DNA from: an uncultured Geobacteraceae bacterium
GTDB lineage: Bacteria; Desulfobacterota; Desulfuromonadia; Geobacterales; Pseudopelobacteraceae
Assembly: GCA_903879825.1 (NCBI GenBank)
Contig: CAIRND010000077.1
Span: 1 to 44,207, forward strand
Length of the DNA: 44,207 bases
Direction of reading: 5' to 3'
In this document: positions 1 to 9,976 of the stretch, in pieces
Layout of the letters: each line of letters begins with the position of its first letter
Position numbering within the stretch: position 1 is the first letter of the stretch
Position numbers and translations under genes: made by a program
Notes under the pieces: generated by a model
Told to the model about the DNA's origin: nothing
The model's database searches: none
The model's input: the letters and a program-made list of their open reading frames with translations, nothing else

Positions 1-2031
1 TCTCTGGGCAAAATCAGACCTGAAATGCAATTTTTTTGAATTTGAGGCAAAACGATAGCTGAAGGTTCCGACCTTTTTATTCTTGAAATACATCAGCAGA
101 TCAACAAGCATAAATAGCGTTTTCCAGATAACTATCGGTATGAATATGGGGACGACCTTATGAACACTCAGCTTATTATGTTCTTTTATAATATCGCGAA
201 CCGTCGGCTGCTCCGGATCCACTATCTGCACGATAGATCCACTGGTTAAATCCGCATCTCCGGCAAGTAGTACGGCCTGAGCCAAATTCTCCACGTAATT
301 AAGACCAAGTCCTCTCCTCCCCAACCCAAACACAAAGAGAAACCTGTCCAGCATTACTCCACAATTTTGAAGATTATTGTTGGAATCACACCCATAGACG
401 AGTCCCGGTCTCAGGATTATGACTTTCACCCCAGGGTTACCAGCAGCAAACTCAAGTACAAGTTTTTCAGCTTCCACCTTTGCCCTGGTATAGAATCCCC
501 GATCATCAGGCTTTGCTTCGACAGGAGCCGATTCATCAACATTACTGCCATTTTTAAGTTTGTTATAATCGAGAACCCCGAGCGAGCTTATATATATGAG
601 CTGTGTGACCGAGCTACCAGTAAGCGACGTCAGCAGATTTTTTGTACCCGCTACTGTTGACTCCTGGAATTCAGCCCAGTCGCCGCTCATTGCAGCAGCG
701 CAATGGACGACCGTTTTGACTCCGGCAAGTGAAGCGGCGATAGATACCGGGTTCCGCAAATCCCCAAAAACCAGCCCGACTGATGCAGGCAAACAATCTG
801 TATTACGAGAGGGTCTGCAGAACGCTCTGGTTGATTTGTGATCTGCAACAAGATGGCTGATGATTGCGCGCCCGATGAACCCGGTTGCTCCAAATACGAG
901 ATAATCAGCTGGCCCGGGCAACGGCTCCGGCTCTACATGCACTGTTTTTACGGTGGCCTCGTTATTCAGCGATATCTCCAGAATCTCGTCAATAAGTGAC
1001 GTTACTCTGCCTGCGTTTATCAGCGGCAATTCGTTATACTTTCCCGCATGTACTGCTTCATAAAAATCTCCGATTATTTTGTCCAGACCATCATATGTGT
1101 GAGCGTGACCCACAACAAGATTCACAACATTGACGGAAAAGTTTTTAAGAATTTGTACTGATTCGCTCAGAGCAATGACAACCCGGCCGACAATCCCGGG
1201 AAGTCGACGTTCATAATGGCAGACAGAAAACATATTCCTCAAATCAATGCGAATACTCCCCTTTTCCCCGTAAATACAGAAAATATTTTTGAGAGGCTTC
1301 TGGTTGAGAGAGAGGTGTATTCCAGCATCCATATTCCTGGATTGGAGCATGACCGCCAGTTCATCTATTACTTCACCCCGGATAGAATGTGACTGAACAT
1401 GCGTAATAAGCAGATCCTTGTCGAAACTTAAAAAGACAGAAAGCGGATGAGGCAGCAAATCTGTCAGAATCCCGCCCCGAACTTTTTCAAACCAGGCAGG
1501 CACGCCTCTCGCCCAGCGAAAGCCATTGGCAACGGAGTCCAGCTTCGTCAAACTCGGGTCATCATATGAATATTCCATTCGTACAATCCTGCCAATTTTT
1601 CCGGACTGAACTATGGTGCGCGCCTGAACAATCATCGGGTTATAAACGCGCGTATGATCTACTGAAACCAGCAACCTCTTTTCGGTAGCCAGTTGCATGA
1701 TATCCCGATACTCGACCAACGTTTGACAGAGTGGTTTTTCAACCAGCACGTGGCATCCTGCCGTCAATGACTTAATGATAAGTGCGTAATGAGTATGCGG
1801 GGGAGTAAGAATGTGGACTATATCGGGTTTCTCGTGTGAAAGGAGAGTATCGATGTCGGTAAACCGTTTGGAGATAGCATATTTATCGGCAAAAATATCG
1901 GCTCGCACCTGCGAAGCATCGCACACGGCTTCAACGGTATATCCTGCTTTACTTACAAAACGTTTATGCACATGAGCAATATTGCCACATCCGATAAAAG
2001 CGACCTTATTTGCAACGACGCTAGTATTCAT
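1..2031 (-). CDS. Fused Gfo/Idh/MocA-type oxidoreductase (N-terminal half) + NAD-dependent epimerase/dehydratase SDR (C-terminal half); partial, 3' end runs off the left window edge
   Basis: Absent from the ORF track because it has no in-window stop. Read by hand from ATG 2031..2029: MNTSVVANKVAFIGCGNIAHVHKRF...HILTPPHTHYALIIKSLTAGCHVLVEKP (Gfo/Idh/MocA Rossmann plus EKP motif). The same frame continues near 900..700 into PADYLVFGATGFIGRAIISHLV...VVHCAAAMSG (GxxGxxG) and later YTRAKVEAEK (YxxxK), and is still open at base 1. No other ORF of 60 aa or more is listed between 894 and 2027, consistent with one long edge-truncated ORF. I did not check every codon. Confidence 0.7.
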   Translation of the reverse strand, partial: MNTSVVANKVAFIGCGNIAHVHKRFVSKAGYTVEAVCDASQVRADIFADKYAISKRFTDIDTLLSHEKPDIVHILTPPHTHYALIIKSLTAGCHVLVEKPLCQTLVEYRDIMQLATEKRLLVSVDHTRVYNPMIVQARTIVQSGKIGRIVRMEYSYDDPSLTKLDSVANGFRWARGVPAWFEKVRGGILTDLLPHPLSVFLSFDKDLLITHVQSHSIRGEVIDELAVMLQSRNMDAGIHLSLNQKPLKNIFCIYGEKGSIRIDLRNMFSVCHYERRLPGIVGRVVIALSESVQILKNFSVNVVNLVVGHAHTYDGLDKIIGDFYEAVHAGKYNELPLINAGRVTSLIDEILEISLNNEATVKTVHVEPEPLPGPADYLVFGATGFIGRAIISHLVADHKSTRAFCRPSRNTDCLPASVGLVFGDLRNPVSIAASLAGVKTVVHCAAAMSGDWAEFQESTVAGTKNLLTSLTGSSVTQLIYISSLGVLDYNKLKNGSNVDESAPVEAKPDDRGFYTRAKVEAEKLVLEFAAGNPGVKVIILRPGLVYGCDSNNNLQNCGVMLDRFLFVFGLGRRGLGLNYVENLAQAVLLAGDADLTSGSIVQIVDPEQPTVRDIIKEHNKLSVHKVVPIFIPIVIWKTLFMLVDLLMYFKNKKVGTFSYRFASNSKKLHFRSDFAQR

Positions 2032-3188
2032 AAGTCAGCCTCACTATAAAATTGGTTAGTTACAATTCGTCGTATCTCCTTTACCCGATTATCCCACGAT
2101 TCCGCCTGCACCCTGACCGTTCTGAGCGCCGCCATTTCTGGCGAATCATTATCAAGATACCAGGTGATTTTTTCAGAAAAATCCTCATAGCCATCGGCAA
2201 TCGCTATAACATCCTGATACTTCTCAATCTCGGGGTAACGGGTTGAAACGGCAGGTTTTCCGGTTGCCAGATATTCCCTGAGTTTGATCGGATTACAGTG
2301 AAAAACGAATTCGTTCTGTTTGTATGGCAATATTGCCACATCGAATATCCGGGCAAATACCGGTAATTCCGTATAATTTTTCGGACCGAGAAATTGAACA
2401 TTATCCAGTTTTGCACATGGGTTTTCCTGAACGGCAACATGGCCGATCATAATTATAGTCCACTCGGGATTTCTGGTAGCAAGGTACTTGATTAATTCAA
2501 GATCAACCCTGTTCTCGATCAAGCCCCAAAAGCCGATAACAGGTTTCTTGAATAGGGCAATATCTTTCGGTACAGGCAGATGTGAAGAGGCGCTGCTGAA
2601 ATGTTCAAAATCAACACCGTGAGGACTGAGAAAGAGGTGCCGGGCACTTTGTTTTTTCTTGTCGTAAAGCGGCTCGGATGAAACAAACACTACATCCGCG
2701 ACGCGGGTCATTTCATCATCCATACTTTGAACGGCACGTTTGTCAACATTCGGCAAGGAGCTGTAGCTGTCGATGCAATAGTAGACAACACCTTTTGCCT
2801 GAAGCTTTCCAGGAACCATGAACAGGTGTGGAATATGGAACCATAAGAGTGGGTCAATAAAATCAAGCTTTGCTATGATCCGTTTTATCGCATACAGAAT
2901 CAGTTTTTCGTTCAGTTTTCTTATAAAGGAATATTTGTGAAGTGGTATTTGAAACAGGGTATAAATCCAGAAGTTGGAGTTGATCCGGCGAGGTGCCGAG
3001 AAACTTTTTATTATTTTGGAAATGATCTTTTTTACATCACGTTTGTTGCCTTGGGGCATGCGTAATCCAGGGCACTCAACATACAATACGGCATGATCTG
3101 CAGCTAAATATTCGGCAATATGATGACTGCTCGTCTTGTTTTCGCCAAACCAGTCGTTACCGAAATATATAATTGGTTTCTTTTCCAT
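2028..3188 (-). CDS. Glycosyltransferase, GT-B fold (family 1/4-like, TuaH-like)
   Basis: 386-aa ORF. The C-terminal half shows a GT-B pattern: VIGFWGLIENRVDLELI...FDVAILPY...NPIKLREYLATGKPAVST. Its stop overlaps the next start (ATGA at 2028..2031). Confidence 0.75.
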   Translation of the reverse strand: MEKKPIIYFGNDWFGENKTSSHHIAEYLAADHAVLYVECPGLRMPQGNKRDVKKIISKIIKSFSAPRRINSNFWIYTLFQIPLHKYSFIRKLNEKLILYAIKRIIAKLDFIDPLLWFHIPHLFMVPGKLQAKGVVYYCIDSYSSLPNVDKRAVQSMDDEMTRVADVVFVSSEPLYDKKKQSARHLFLSPHGVDFEHFSSASSHLPVPKDIALFKKPVIGFWGLIENRVDLELIKYLATRNPEWTIIMIGHVAVQENPCAKLDNVQFLGPKNYTELPVFARIFDVAILPYKQNEFVFHCNPIKLREYLATGKPAVSTRYPEIEKYQDVIAIADGYEDFSEKITWYLDNDSPEMAALRTVRVQAESWDNRVKEIRRIVTNQFYSEADL

Positions 3189-3249
3189 GTCAGTTACCTT
3201 CCAGAGTGTTATTTCGTATCAAAATATCCCGCTCTACTCCCTGTTCCGT

Positions 3250-4248
3250 CTATGTGAGATATTCAAAGTGCTTTGCTAACCCAAGATCAGTAGGCACTTT
3301 CATTGTCCAGCCCAATTGTTTTAACTTCATATTGGTAAATGTCTGGGGTTTCCACATGCTGGCAGATTTGTACCGTGTAAAAACATCCGGCAATTGCCCT
3401 TTTGAACGTACATGATATTTTTCACAGAGTACCGATAACAACCACATTAGTGGATAGGGCACCCTTATAAACCTTAAGCGCAGCACCTGTGCCCGGTATA
3501 AAGACAGAAATTTCCCGGCCGTTATCAAATCATCATCTACGATGTTATATGTTTCGCCTTCGAACGCTGCTTTTTCGGCTACGGTCAAAAAGGCTTCCGC
3601 ACAATTATCTATATATGTGAGGGGCAAAATATTTCGACCTCCAATGAACAGGAAAACGCCGAAAACACTCAAACCGACCCGGGTGGATATCGGCGTGCCG
3701 CCAGGTCCGTAGATAACTCCGGGCCTAAGAATGACCGTTGGAATGTTATATTTTTTATAATATTCCCTTATCAATTGCTCCTGGTGCCATTTTGAGAATG
3801 CATACAAATCTCTTTTTTCGGGGTGTCGTTCCAGTGGAGTATGTTCGTTGACCATCTCTCTTGATTTCAACTCTGCGACGCTATAGACAGAAAATGAGCT
3901 GCAATGCACTAACCTTATGGTTTTATTAGTGTTTACTATGGCATCAAGGAGGCATTTTGTTGTAACTGATGACCCGTGAAACATCTCGGCTGGCGCTCCG
4001 CTTTTGGCTGAGGCAAGGTGAAATACGATATCGACATTTTTTACTATATCAAGACAGATAGAATAGTTATGCAATGCACCATATTTGATCTCGCATCTGT
4101 CAGGAAAATCGGTCGCGGTTTTTTTCAGTTTTTCAATAGAACTTCCGGGCCGTACAATACAGCGCACCTGGTAATCGGTTTGTGATAACAGACCTGCGAC
4201 CAAAGATGATCCGAGAAAACCGTTTGCTCCGGTTACTAACGCAATCAT
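3250..4248 (-). CDS. NAD-dependent epimerase/dehydratase family protein (SDR)
   Basis: MIALVTGANGFLGSSLV (GxxGxxG), YAFSKWHQE (YxxxK), LRPGVIYGPG. I moved the start from track position 4296 to ATG 4248, which gives an ATGA overlap with the upstream stop at 4245..4247. Confidence 0.85.
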   Translation of the reverse strand: MIALVTGANGFLGSSLVAGLLSQTDYQVRCIVRPGSSIEKLKKTATDFPDRCEIKYGALHNYSICLDIVKNVDIVFHLASAKSGAPAEMFHGSSVTTKCLLDAIVNTNKTIRLVHCSSFSVYSVAELKSREMVNEHTPLERHPEKRDLYAFSKWHQEQLIREYYKKYNIPTVILRPGVIYGPGGTPISTRVGLSVFGVFLFIGGRNILPLTYIDNCAEAFLTVAEKAAFEGETYNIVDDDLITAGKFLSLYRAQVLRLRFIRVPYPLMWLLSVLCEKYHVRSKGQLPDVFTRYKSASMWKPQTFTNMKLKQLGWTMKVPTDLGLAKHFEYLT

Positions 4249-5333
4249 GACTGTTTCTCCCCCTGTATTTGAGAGATGATCGAATCCATTATCCATGCAA
4301 TTCTGACAATGTTTCTTGTCGAAACAGGTAACGGTGCATCATGCAAAATGCTGTCATAGAAATTTTTTATCAATAAGTTCATCCCACTGAAAAAATGAAA
4401 ATCATTTTGGTAGAAACGTTTCGAATTTTTTAATGCCGATTTTGTATATTGCCAGGCTTTATCATAGCCGGCGAGAAGTCGCCCAATAGCACTCGGATAT
4501 AGTGCCCCCCTGTCAACTGCGACACTCCGTGACGTATAATCCAGATCAATGATGCTCCTGGTCCCGTATACCCGGACATAATGCCCAACGGGCCTGACGC
4601 CCGACGAAAAGGTGCCATACGCAGAAACAGTTTTCCCGCGAATAACGGTCCTTAATTCATCATACAAATCGTCGCGTAGATCCCCAAAGTTCTGTGTAGT
4701 ATCTCTTTTCCATGCAAATGCATGTATTTCCGGGGTGTCATCATCCAAATATTCGGTAATCTTGTTGAGCATATGATTGATGTTATTATGAAACAGCTTA
4801 CCCGGAAGTTTATGTACCCAATGATCTGGTGAAGCCAGGATGGCTTTTCCAAACGACCCGCCCATGTTATATCCATACCAGCTCTCCACATGAACCGGGT
4901 CGCCTAGTGTACCGTTTTTTATATGATTTCTCATCTCAACGCTTGGCGGATCGAATTCACTATTATGGCCTATGGTTATTTTCCGGTGTGCATTCGTGAC
5001 ATATTGAACGAGCTCAACCGTTTCCAAATAATTCAGCGCGAGAGGTTTTTCCACATAGATATGGCATCCGGAATCAACAGCATCTTTTGCCAACGCAAGG
5101 TGGCTTTGAGGCGGTGTGCAGATATGAATAACGTCGAGCTGTTCCTTGTTAAGCATCTCTTTATGCGAGTGATACCATGTCTTTATGCCGAACCTGATGG
5201 CAAGTTGCTCTGCAATGATCGGTTCTGTATCGCAGACAGCGACAACCGTTGCATTACCAAGTTTCTGTATTTCCGATACATGGCCATCAGCAATCTGTCC
5301 GCAGCCAATTATGGCAACTCGTAATTTATCCAT
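4245..5333 (-). CDS. Gfo/Idh/MocA family oxidoreductase (sugar dehydrogenase/ketoreductase type)
   Basis: LRVAIIGCGQIADGHV Rossmann, HICTPPQSH, HIYVEKPLAL (EKP motif). 362 aa. Confidence 0.85.
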   Translation of the reverse strand: MDKLRVAIIGCGQIADGHVSEIQKLGNATVVAVCDTEPIIAEQLAIRFGIKTWYHSHKEMLNKEQLDVIHICTPPQSHLALAKDAVDSGCHIYVEKPLALNYLETVELVQYVTNAHRKITIGHNSEFDPPSVEMRNHIKNGTLGDPVHVESWYGYNMGGSFGKAILASPDHWVHKLPGKLFHNNINHMLNKITEYLDDDTPEIHAFAWKRDTTQNFGDLRDDLYDELRTVIRGKTVSAYGTFSSGVRPVGHYVRVYGTRSIIDLDYTSRSVAVDRGALYPSAIGRLLAGYDKAWQYTKSALKNSKRFYQNDFHFFSGMNLLIKNFYDSILHDAPLPVSTRNIVRIAWIMDSIISQIQGEKQS

Positions 5334-5376
5334 GAAGTGTCAATCTCCGGAGTTATTCAAGTAATACGTTATTTCG

Positions 5377-6546
5377 TTATGTCATTGAATATTCAGGGAC
5401 TTGTTCGAATATGTTTTTCAAACGGTCTGCATATTGTTCCCAGGAGTGTGTTGTTGTCTGTCCGATGTGACAGCTTTCTTTATCAAGCATTTCGATGAGA
5501 GCTTCTGATAATTCCTCAACTGTTCGAGGTGGAACAAGTTTAATATTACCTAATCCATCATCCAGATCTGGTATTCCCCCTACCGTTGTTGAAACTATCT
5601 TTGTTCGACAAGTCAATGCCTCGATAACAACATTTGGTTGCCCTTCCATATAACTTGGCAGACATAAGACATCACACGCGTTCATATACTGTGCAATTAT
5701 TTCAAGCGAACGTTCACCCAATATAACGGTAAAAGGTGCAATACCATGCTGTTGCAAACACTTCTTAAAAACAGGCATGTATCTACCACTGCCAATGACA
5801 ATCAATTTTATTCGCGAATATTTCTTGCTTTTGACAATATTTCCGAATGCATGGGCAAGTTCCCCAAGTCCCTTTTCTTTTTTAATGTTGCCAACATATA
5901 AGATTACTTTATCTGCTGTTTCCAGACCTAATCCGTTACGGGCACTATTTTTATCAACAGAATAAAATATCTTATGATCGACCCCATTTTGCAGATATAC
6001 CAGTTTCTTGGGATTGCATCCTAATTCGATTAATTTATCTCTTAACTGATTGCTGACACATATGATCCTATTGGCACAATCGGCCACATATAAAGATTTA
6101 GAGGACAAAAAAGTATTAGCTTTCAGCCTGTTGACATCAGATCCTAGAACATGTGCATAGAGTGGAATATCCAGACAGTTCGCCACTTTTGCGGCAACCC
6201 AGGCGTCTGGATACAGCCATGGAGAATAAATGAGGTCATACTTTTTTGTTTTCGTGAGTCTGGTTACTATGTCGAGGATTGAATAATAATAGAAATGGCC
6301 ATATAACGAGCGCAATACAAATGGAGTATAATAGTAAGTCGGGTAATAAATATGTATTCCGCTTAAACTGCTTGCATGCGGGATATTTCGGGAAAACACG
6401 CGATTCAGCCAGGATACGGGCACAATTGCATCAATGGTATAATGATCACTTAAAGCAACAAGTGTCTGCTTTATATACGTAGCGACATTGGGAGCATCCG
6501 CATTGGGAAAATATGCGGACAAAAATAACAAGTTTTTTTTATGCAT
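5377..6546 (-). CDS. Glycosyltransferase family 4 (GT-B, retaining type)
   Basis: 389 aa. C-terminal signature PSYMEGQPNVVIEALTCRTKIVSTTVGGIPDL (E-x7-E region). Confidence 0.85.
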   Translation of the reverse strand: MHKKNLLFLSAYFPNADAPNVATYIKQTLVALSDHYTIDAIVPVSWLNRVFSRNIPHASSLSGIHIYYPTYYYTPFVLRSLYGHFYYYSILDIVTRLTKTKKYDLIYSPWLYPDAWVAAKVANCLDIPLYAHVLGSDVNRLKANTFLSSKSLYVADCANRIICVSNQLRDKLIELGCNPKKLVYLQNGVDHKIFYSVDKNSARNGLGLETADKVILYVGNIKKEKGLGELAHAFGNIVKSKKYSRIKLIVIGSGRYMPVFKKCLQQHGIAPFTVILGERSLEIIAQYMNACDVLCLPSYMEGQPNVVIEALTCRTKIVSTTVGGIPDLDDGLGNIKLVPPRTVEELSEALIEMLDKESCHIGQTTTHSWEQYADRLKNIFEQVPEYSMT

Positions 6547-7642
6547 ATATATTCCCCATAACGTGTTGGTACAATTGTCTATACGTTTTCGCAGTCTGTA
6601 AAATACTGAAACATTTTATTATGCGTTCACGACCGGATTTACCCATTTTTATTCTTAAGTCATTGTCGTTAATCATTGCCAATATTTTAGTTGCTAATAG
6701 TTCCGGATGCCGGGCCGGCACAATAAATCCTGTCTCGCCATCAATAACAACCTCTGAATTTCCTCCCACATCTGTCGCCACGACGGGAAGGCTGCACGAC
6801 ATAGCTTCCAATAAAGTCAGAGATATTCCTTCGCTAATTGATGAGAGGACATATATATCCAGTTGCCGTAATATCGATGCTATGTCCTTCCGTACACCCA
6901 TGAATTCAACACACTCTCTCAGTCCCAACGTATCAACTTCATTTTCCAGCCGCGAACGTTCACAGCCGTCACCTACAATCAACAACTTAAAATTCACATC
7001 TGATTTCTTCAACTCATGACATGCCTTCAACAGATTGGAGTGATCCTTTACTTTTACCAACCGGGCAACAATTCCAATCATTATGCTGTTTCTGTTTATG
7101 TCATTATTTTTGTCTGTAATGGTACTTGCGAATCGCGGCGAAAAATGATCAATATCAACACCATTCAGTATTGTCAGTGCTTTAGGAAAAGATATTTTTT
7201 CCATTTTGATCAGCATGTTCGTAACATCTTCTGAAACCCCGACAATGGCCGTCGCCAGAAATGATGAAAATATGTTCATAAGCATTTTTTTTGACGAATT
7301 ATGCGCGTATCTTCCGTGCCGGGTATGAACGATTGGTAGCCCCGTCAAAACACCAGCCAGGGAACCATAAAAGTGTGCCGCTTCGTTATGTGTGTGTATT
7401 AGTTGGATTTTATTCGTTTTACATATTTGTATTATTTTGTAAATAGCCCATAACTTTAAACCTGGTTTTTCGTTCAGCGCGATAACAGTGGTTCCTTCAC
7501 TGTTTGCAGCCAAATCTCCGGCTTCCTCAAGACATACGACATACGCTACAACATCAGCAGAATATGTTCGCATCAACTCGATTACGAAACGTTCCAATCC
7601 GCCAGTATTCAGGCTCTGAACAATATGTAAAACGTTTACCAT
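6539..7642 (-). CDS. Glycosyltransferase family 4
   Basis: N-terminus VLHIVQSLNTGGLERF. C-terminus SSISEGISLTLLEAMSCSLPVVATDVGGNSEVV. 8-nt overlap with the downstream gene. Confidence 0.9.
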   Translation of the reverse strand: MVNVLHIVQSLNTGGLERFVIELMRTYSADVVAYVVCLEEAGDLAANSEGTTVIALNEKPGLKLWAIYKIIQICKTNKIQLIHTHNEAAHFYGSLAGVLTGLPIVHTRHGRYAHNSSKKMLMNIFSSFLATAIVGVSEDVTNMLIKMEKISFPKALTILNGVDIDHFSPRFASTITDKNNDINRNSIMIGIVARLVKVKDHSNLLKACHELKKSDVNFKLLIVGDGCERSRLENEVDTLGLRECVEFMGVRKDIASILRQLDIYVLSSISEGISLTLLEAMSCSLPVVATDVGGNSEVVIDGETGFIVPARHPELLATKILAMINDNDLRIKMGKSGRERIIKCFSILQTAKTYRQLYQHVMGNIYA

Positions 7643-7708
7643 TGTTGTGCTCCCTGACTGTCTTACTGGTAAAACATTCGATCCGCCTATCTTCCGACAG
7701 CAACGTAA

Positions 7709-8614
7709 TTAATGTATCAGCTGTGTCTTACGCTTCAAAAACATCAGAAAAAATTTCAGTCCATTCACAAATGTCCGGCTAACCGGAAGCACATCTTTGA
7801 ATGTTCCAATACATCTCAATGCTTTAAGTGAATAAACAATTCCCGCACGCCATTCATTCAGCCAATATTTTCCATTAGCGGCGCTGATATAGCTTGCAAT
7901 CAAACCTTTATTGCCCCTCCCATCCAGATGTTTTTTTGCAAATCGCTCCAGGACATACACATGATCATCATATGTTCTCGAAAGCATACTTAAACCTTCA
8001 TGGCCACTCATGCAGCAGGTAAGCGGTTCGGTGAGAAGACCGATTTTATATTTCCAGGCAATTCTCAAATGCAGATCAAGATCCTCGGCTGTCCTGATGT
8101 TTTCATCAAACAATCCCGTATCGTCAAGAACGTGCTTTCTGACCAAAACTGTCGACGGAATAAGGTATGGAGATTTAAATACATGCTCCGGTATATGACC
8201 ATCATGAGGTAGTTCAATACGTCTGAATGTCCTTGAAGTAATTTTCCGATTTGAATCAATAAAATTACAGTCACACAGAACCATGCCAAAATCAGGATTC
8301 GCACATAAAAATGATATTTGCTTTTCAATCTTTTCTGGTAACCATTCATCGTCAGAATCAAGAAACGCTATTAATTCCCCCGAACTTTTCTTAATTCCAT
8401 AGTTTCTTGCAGATGACACTCCACCATTATTTTTGAAGAAATATTGGATTTTACTTCCAAATTGCTCGACGAAATCCCCCGTCCCATCGGTGGAACCGTC
8501 ATCAACTACAATTATTTCAAGATTGCTGTACGTCTGGTTGATAACGCTGACAATTGCATTATTGAGCAGACTTACCCTGTTATATGTAGCGATTATCACA
8601 CTGACAAGTGGCAT
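7709..8614 (-). CDS. Glycosyltransferase family 2
   Basis: VSVIIATYNRVSLL...LEIIVVDDGSTDGT...FLDSDDEW (DxD). Confidence 0.9.
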   Translation of the reverse strand: MPLVSVIIATYNRVSLLNNAIVSVINQTYSNLEIIVVDDGSTDGTGDFVEQFGSKIQYFFKNNGGVSSARNYGIKKSSGELIAFLDSDDEWLPEKIEKQISFLCANPDFGMVLCDCNFIDSNRKITSRTFRRIELPHDGHIPEHVFKSPYLIPSTVLVRKHVLDDTGLFDENIRTAEDLDLHLRIAWKYKIGLLTEPLTCCMSGHEGLSMLSRTYDDHVYVLERFAKKHLDGRGNKGLIASYISAANGKYWLNEWRAGIVYSLKALRCIGTFKDVLPVSRTFVNGLKFFLMFLKRKTQLIH

Positions 8615-8636
8615 ATGTTCTTCTCTTTCAACGAGA

Positions 8637-9935
8637 CTAGATAATTAATTTAACAACCACGTTTATAAAAACAATCTGGAGAAACGTGATGAACAAGATG
8701 TTTTTAAAGTGATATCTGAAAGGCAACACATCACTGACAGGCACGCAACTGGCAGAAGTGGAAACCCGTATTGTTGCGGTTGATAGAGCTAAAAATATAA
8801 AGGGGATGAGTACGTAGGCACGGCTAAGAAAAAACATAGCGGCCATAAGCCCAAAGAGGCTACCAAAGACAGCGCACAACTGCCCGGAATCCGGCTTTGA
8901 CCAGGTGTTTTCTTTTGACAGGAATATATTTTTCCATATCCAGCTGAAGGAGTAATAGAACAGCCCGGAAAAGAAGATTGTTCCAGTTATTCCAAGTTCG
9001 GCCATAACAAGCACGAATGAATTATGAGCAGTAACAGGATGATACTCAGTAAACATACCTTGCCCAACGCCAAACATCGGGTGTGCCTTAAACATCTGAT
9101 ACCCTTGATACCACGCATCAACCCTGCCATGCGCCGACTCCTCGGAAGATGATAACTGTGCCATTCGGCTCGGTCCAAAGGCAAGCAGCACAGCTATCAA
9201 TATCAGACTGACCACTACAGCTTTTATGTTTCTATAGCGAATAACAAAATATGCCCCAATTGAGACCAAAGCAGCCAGTATACTACCTCTGGAATTAGTG
9301 AGGTAGGCGGCAATAGTAATAAGCGGAAGGCACATGACCGGTAACAGGTATTTTTTGTTTAACACCATGTTCAATAAAAATGGCAACACTATCACAAGAG
9401 CCAAGCCGAGGTCGTTTGGATCGTTAAACACTCCGTACCAACGGATACGAGGCACCTCTACCGTTACTCCTTCCGCATCGGTTTTTTGTTCGATATGTGC
9501 GTCCATACCACCATGAGCATACCCGGTTTTGTGCTGGAGCCAACCTTCACAGGCAAGAAATGTTGTTAACAACACCAGAACTACAATAAATGCATTAAGT
9601 TTTTTTTGGCTATCTATCGCAGTAACAACAAGAAAATAACCGACCATTACCGGCATAAAGTTTTTAATGGATTCTATGGCTCCACCAACATACGCGTGAC
9701 TCAGGTGTGAGCAGAGGATTGCTGCCGCAAGCCCCAGCATCATGAATTCCGGACCACTCTGTAATATTGGATTTTTTTTCGAAATACGTGTCAGACAGAG
9801 AATAAAGGTGCATATAACGCCGACTACCAGAAAAAGCGGTTCATTAAGTAATCCCGGCATCCAGTCAGTGGGGCGGACATAGTAGAGCGATGTATAAAGA
9901 CAGAGTAGAAAGAAGAGCATATTGTCACTCCACAT
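8637..9935 (-). CDS. Wzy_C / O-antigen ligase family polytopic membrane protein (polymerase, ligase or O-oligosaccharyltransferase; not distinguishable here)
   Basis: Multi-pass hydrophobic protein with the family-typical late region: TNSRGSILAAL...AHGRVDAWYQGYQMFKAHPMFGVGQGMFTEYHPVTAHNSFVLVMAELGITG. The track start at 9995 overlaps the upstream gene, so I chose the internal Met (MWSDNMLFF) at 9935. The Met at 9920 is also possible. Confidence 0.75.
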   Translation of the reverse strand: MWSDNMLFFLLCLYTSLYYVRPTDWMPGLLNEPLFLVVGVICTFILCLTRISKKNPILQSGPEFMMLGLAAAILCSHLSHAYVGGAIESIKNFMPVMVGYFLVVTAIDSQKKLNAFIVVLVLLTTFLACEGWLQHKTGYAHGGMDAHIEQKTDAEGVTVEVPRIRWYGVFNDPNDLGLALVIVLPFLLNMVLNKKYLLPVMCLPLITIAAYLTNSRGSILAALVSIGAYFVIRYRNIKAVVVSLILIAVLLAFGPSRMAQLSSSEESAHGRVDAWYQGYQMFKAHPMFGVGQGMFTEYHPVTAHNSFVLVMAELGITGTIFFSGLFYYSFSWIWKNIFLSKENTWSKPDSGQLCAVFGSLFGLMAAMFFLSRAYVLIPFIFLALSTATIRVSTSASCVPVSDVLPFRYHFKNILFITFLQIVFINVVVKLII

Positions 9936-9976
9936 ATGGATTAATTTATTAGTCAATACGACATTGATGTGTCTGT

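Noticed and set aside
367-893. Track ORFs 367..660(+), 596..841(+) and 687..893(-) as genes
   Set aside because: All lie inside, and out of frame with or antisense to, the long edge-truncated minus-strand ORF 1..2031. That ORF has clear Rossmann/SDR motifs. The short ORFs have no recognisable features.
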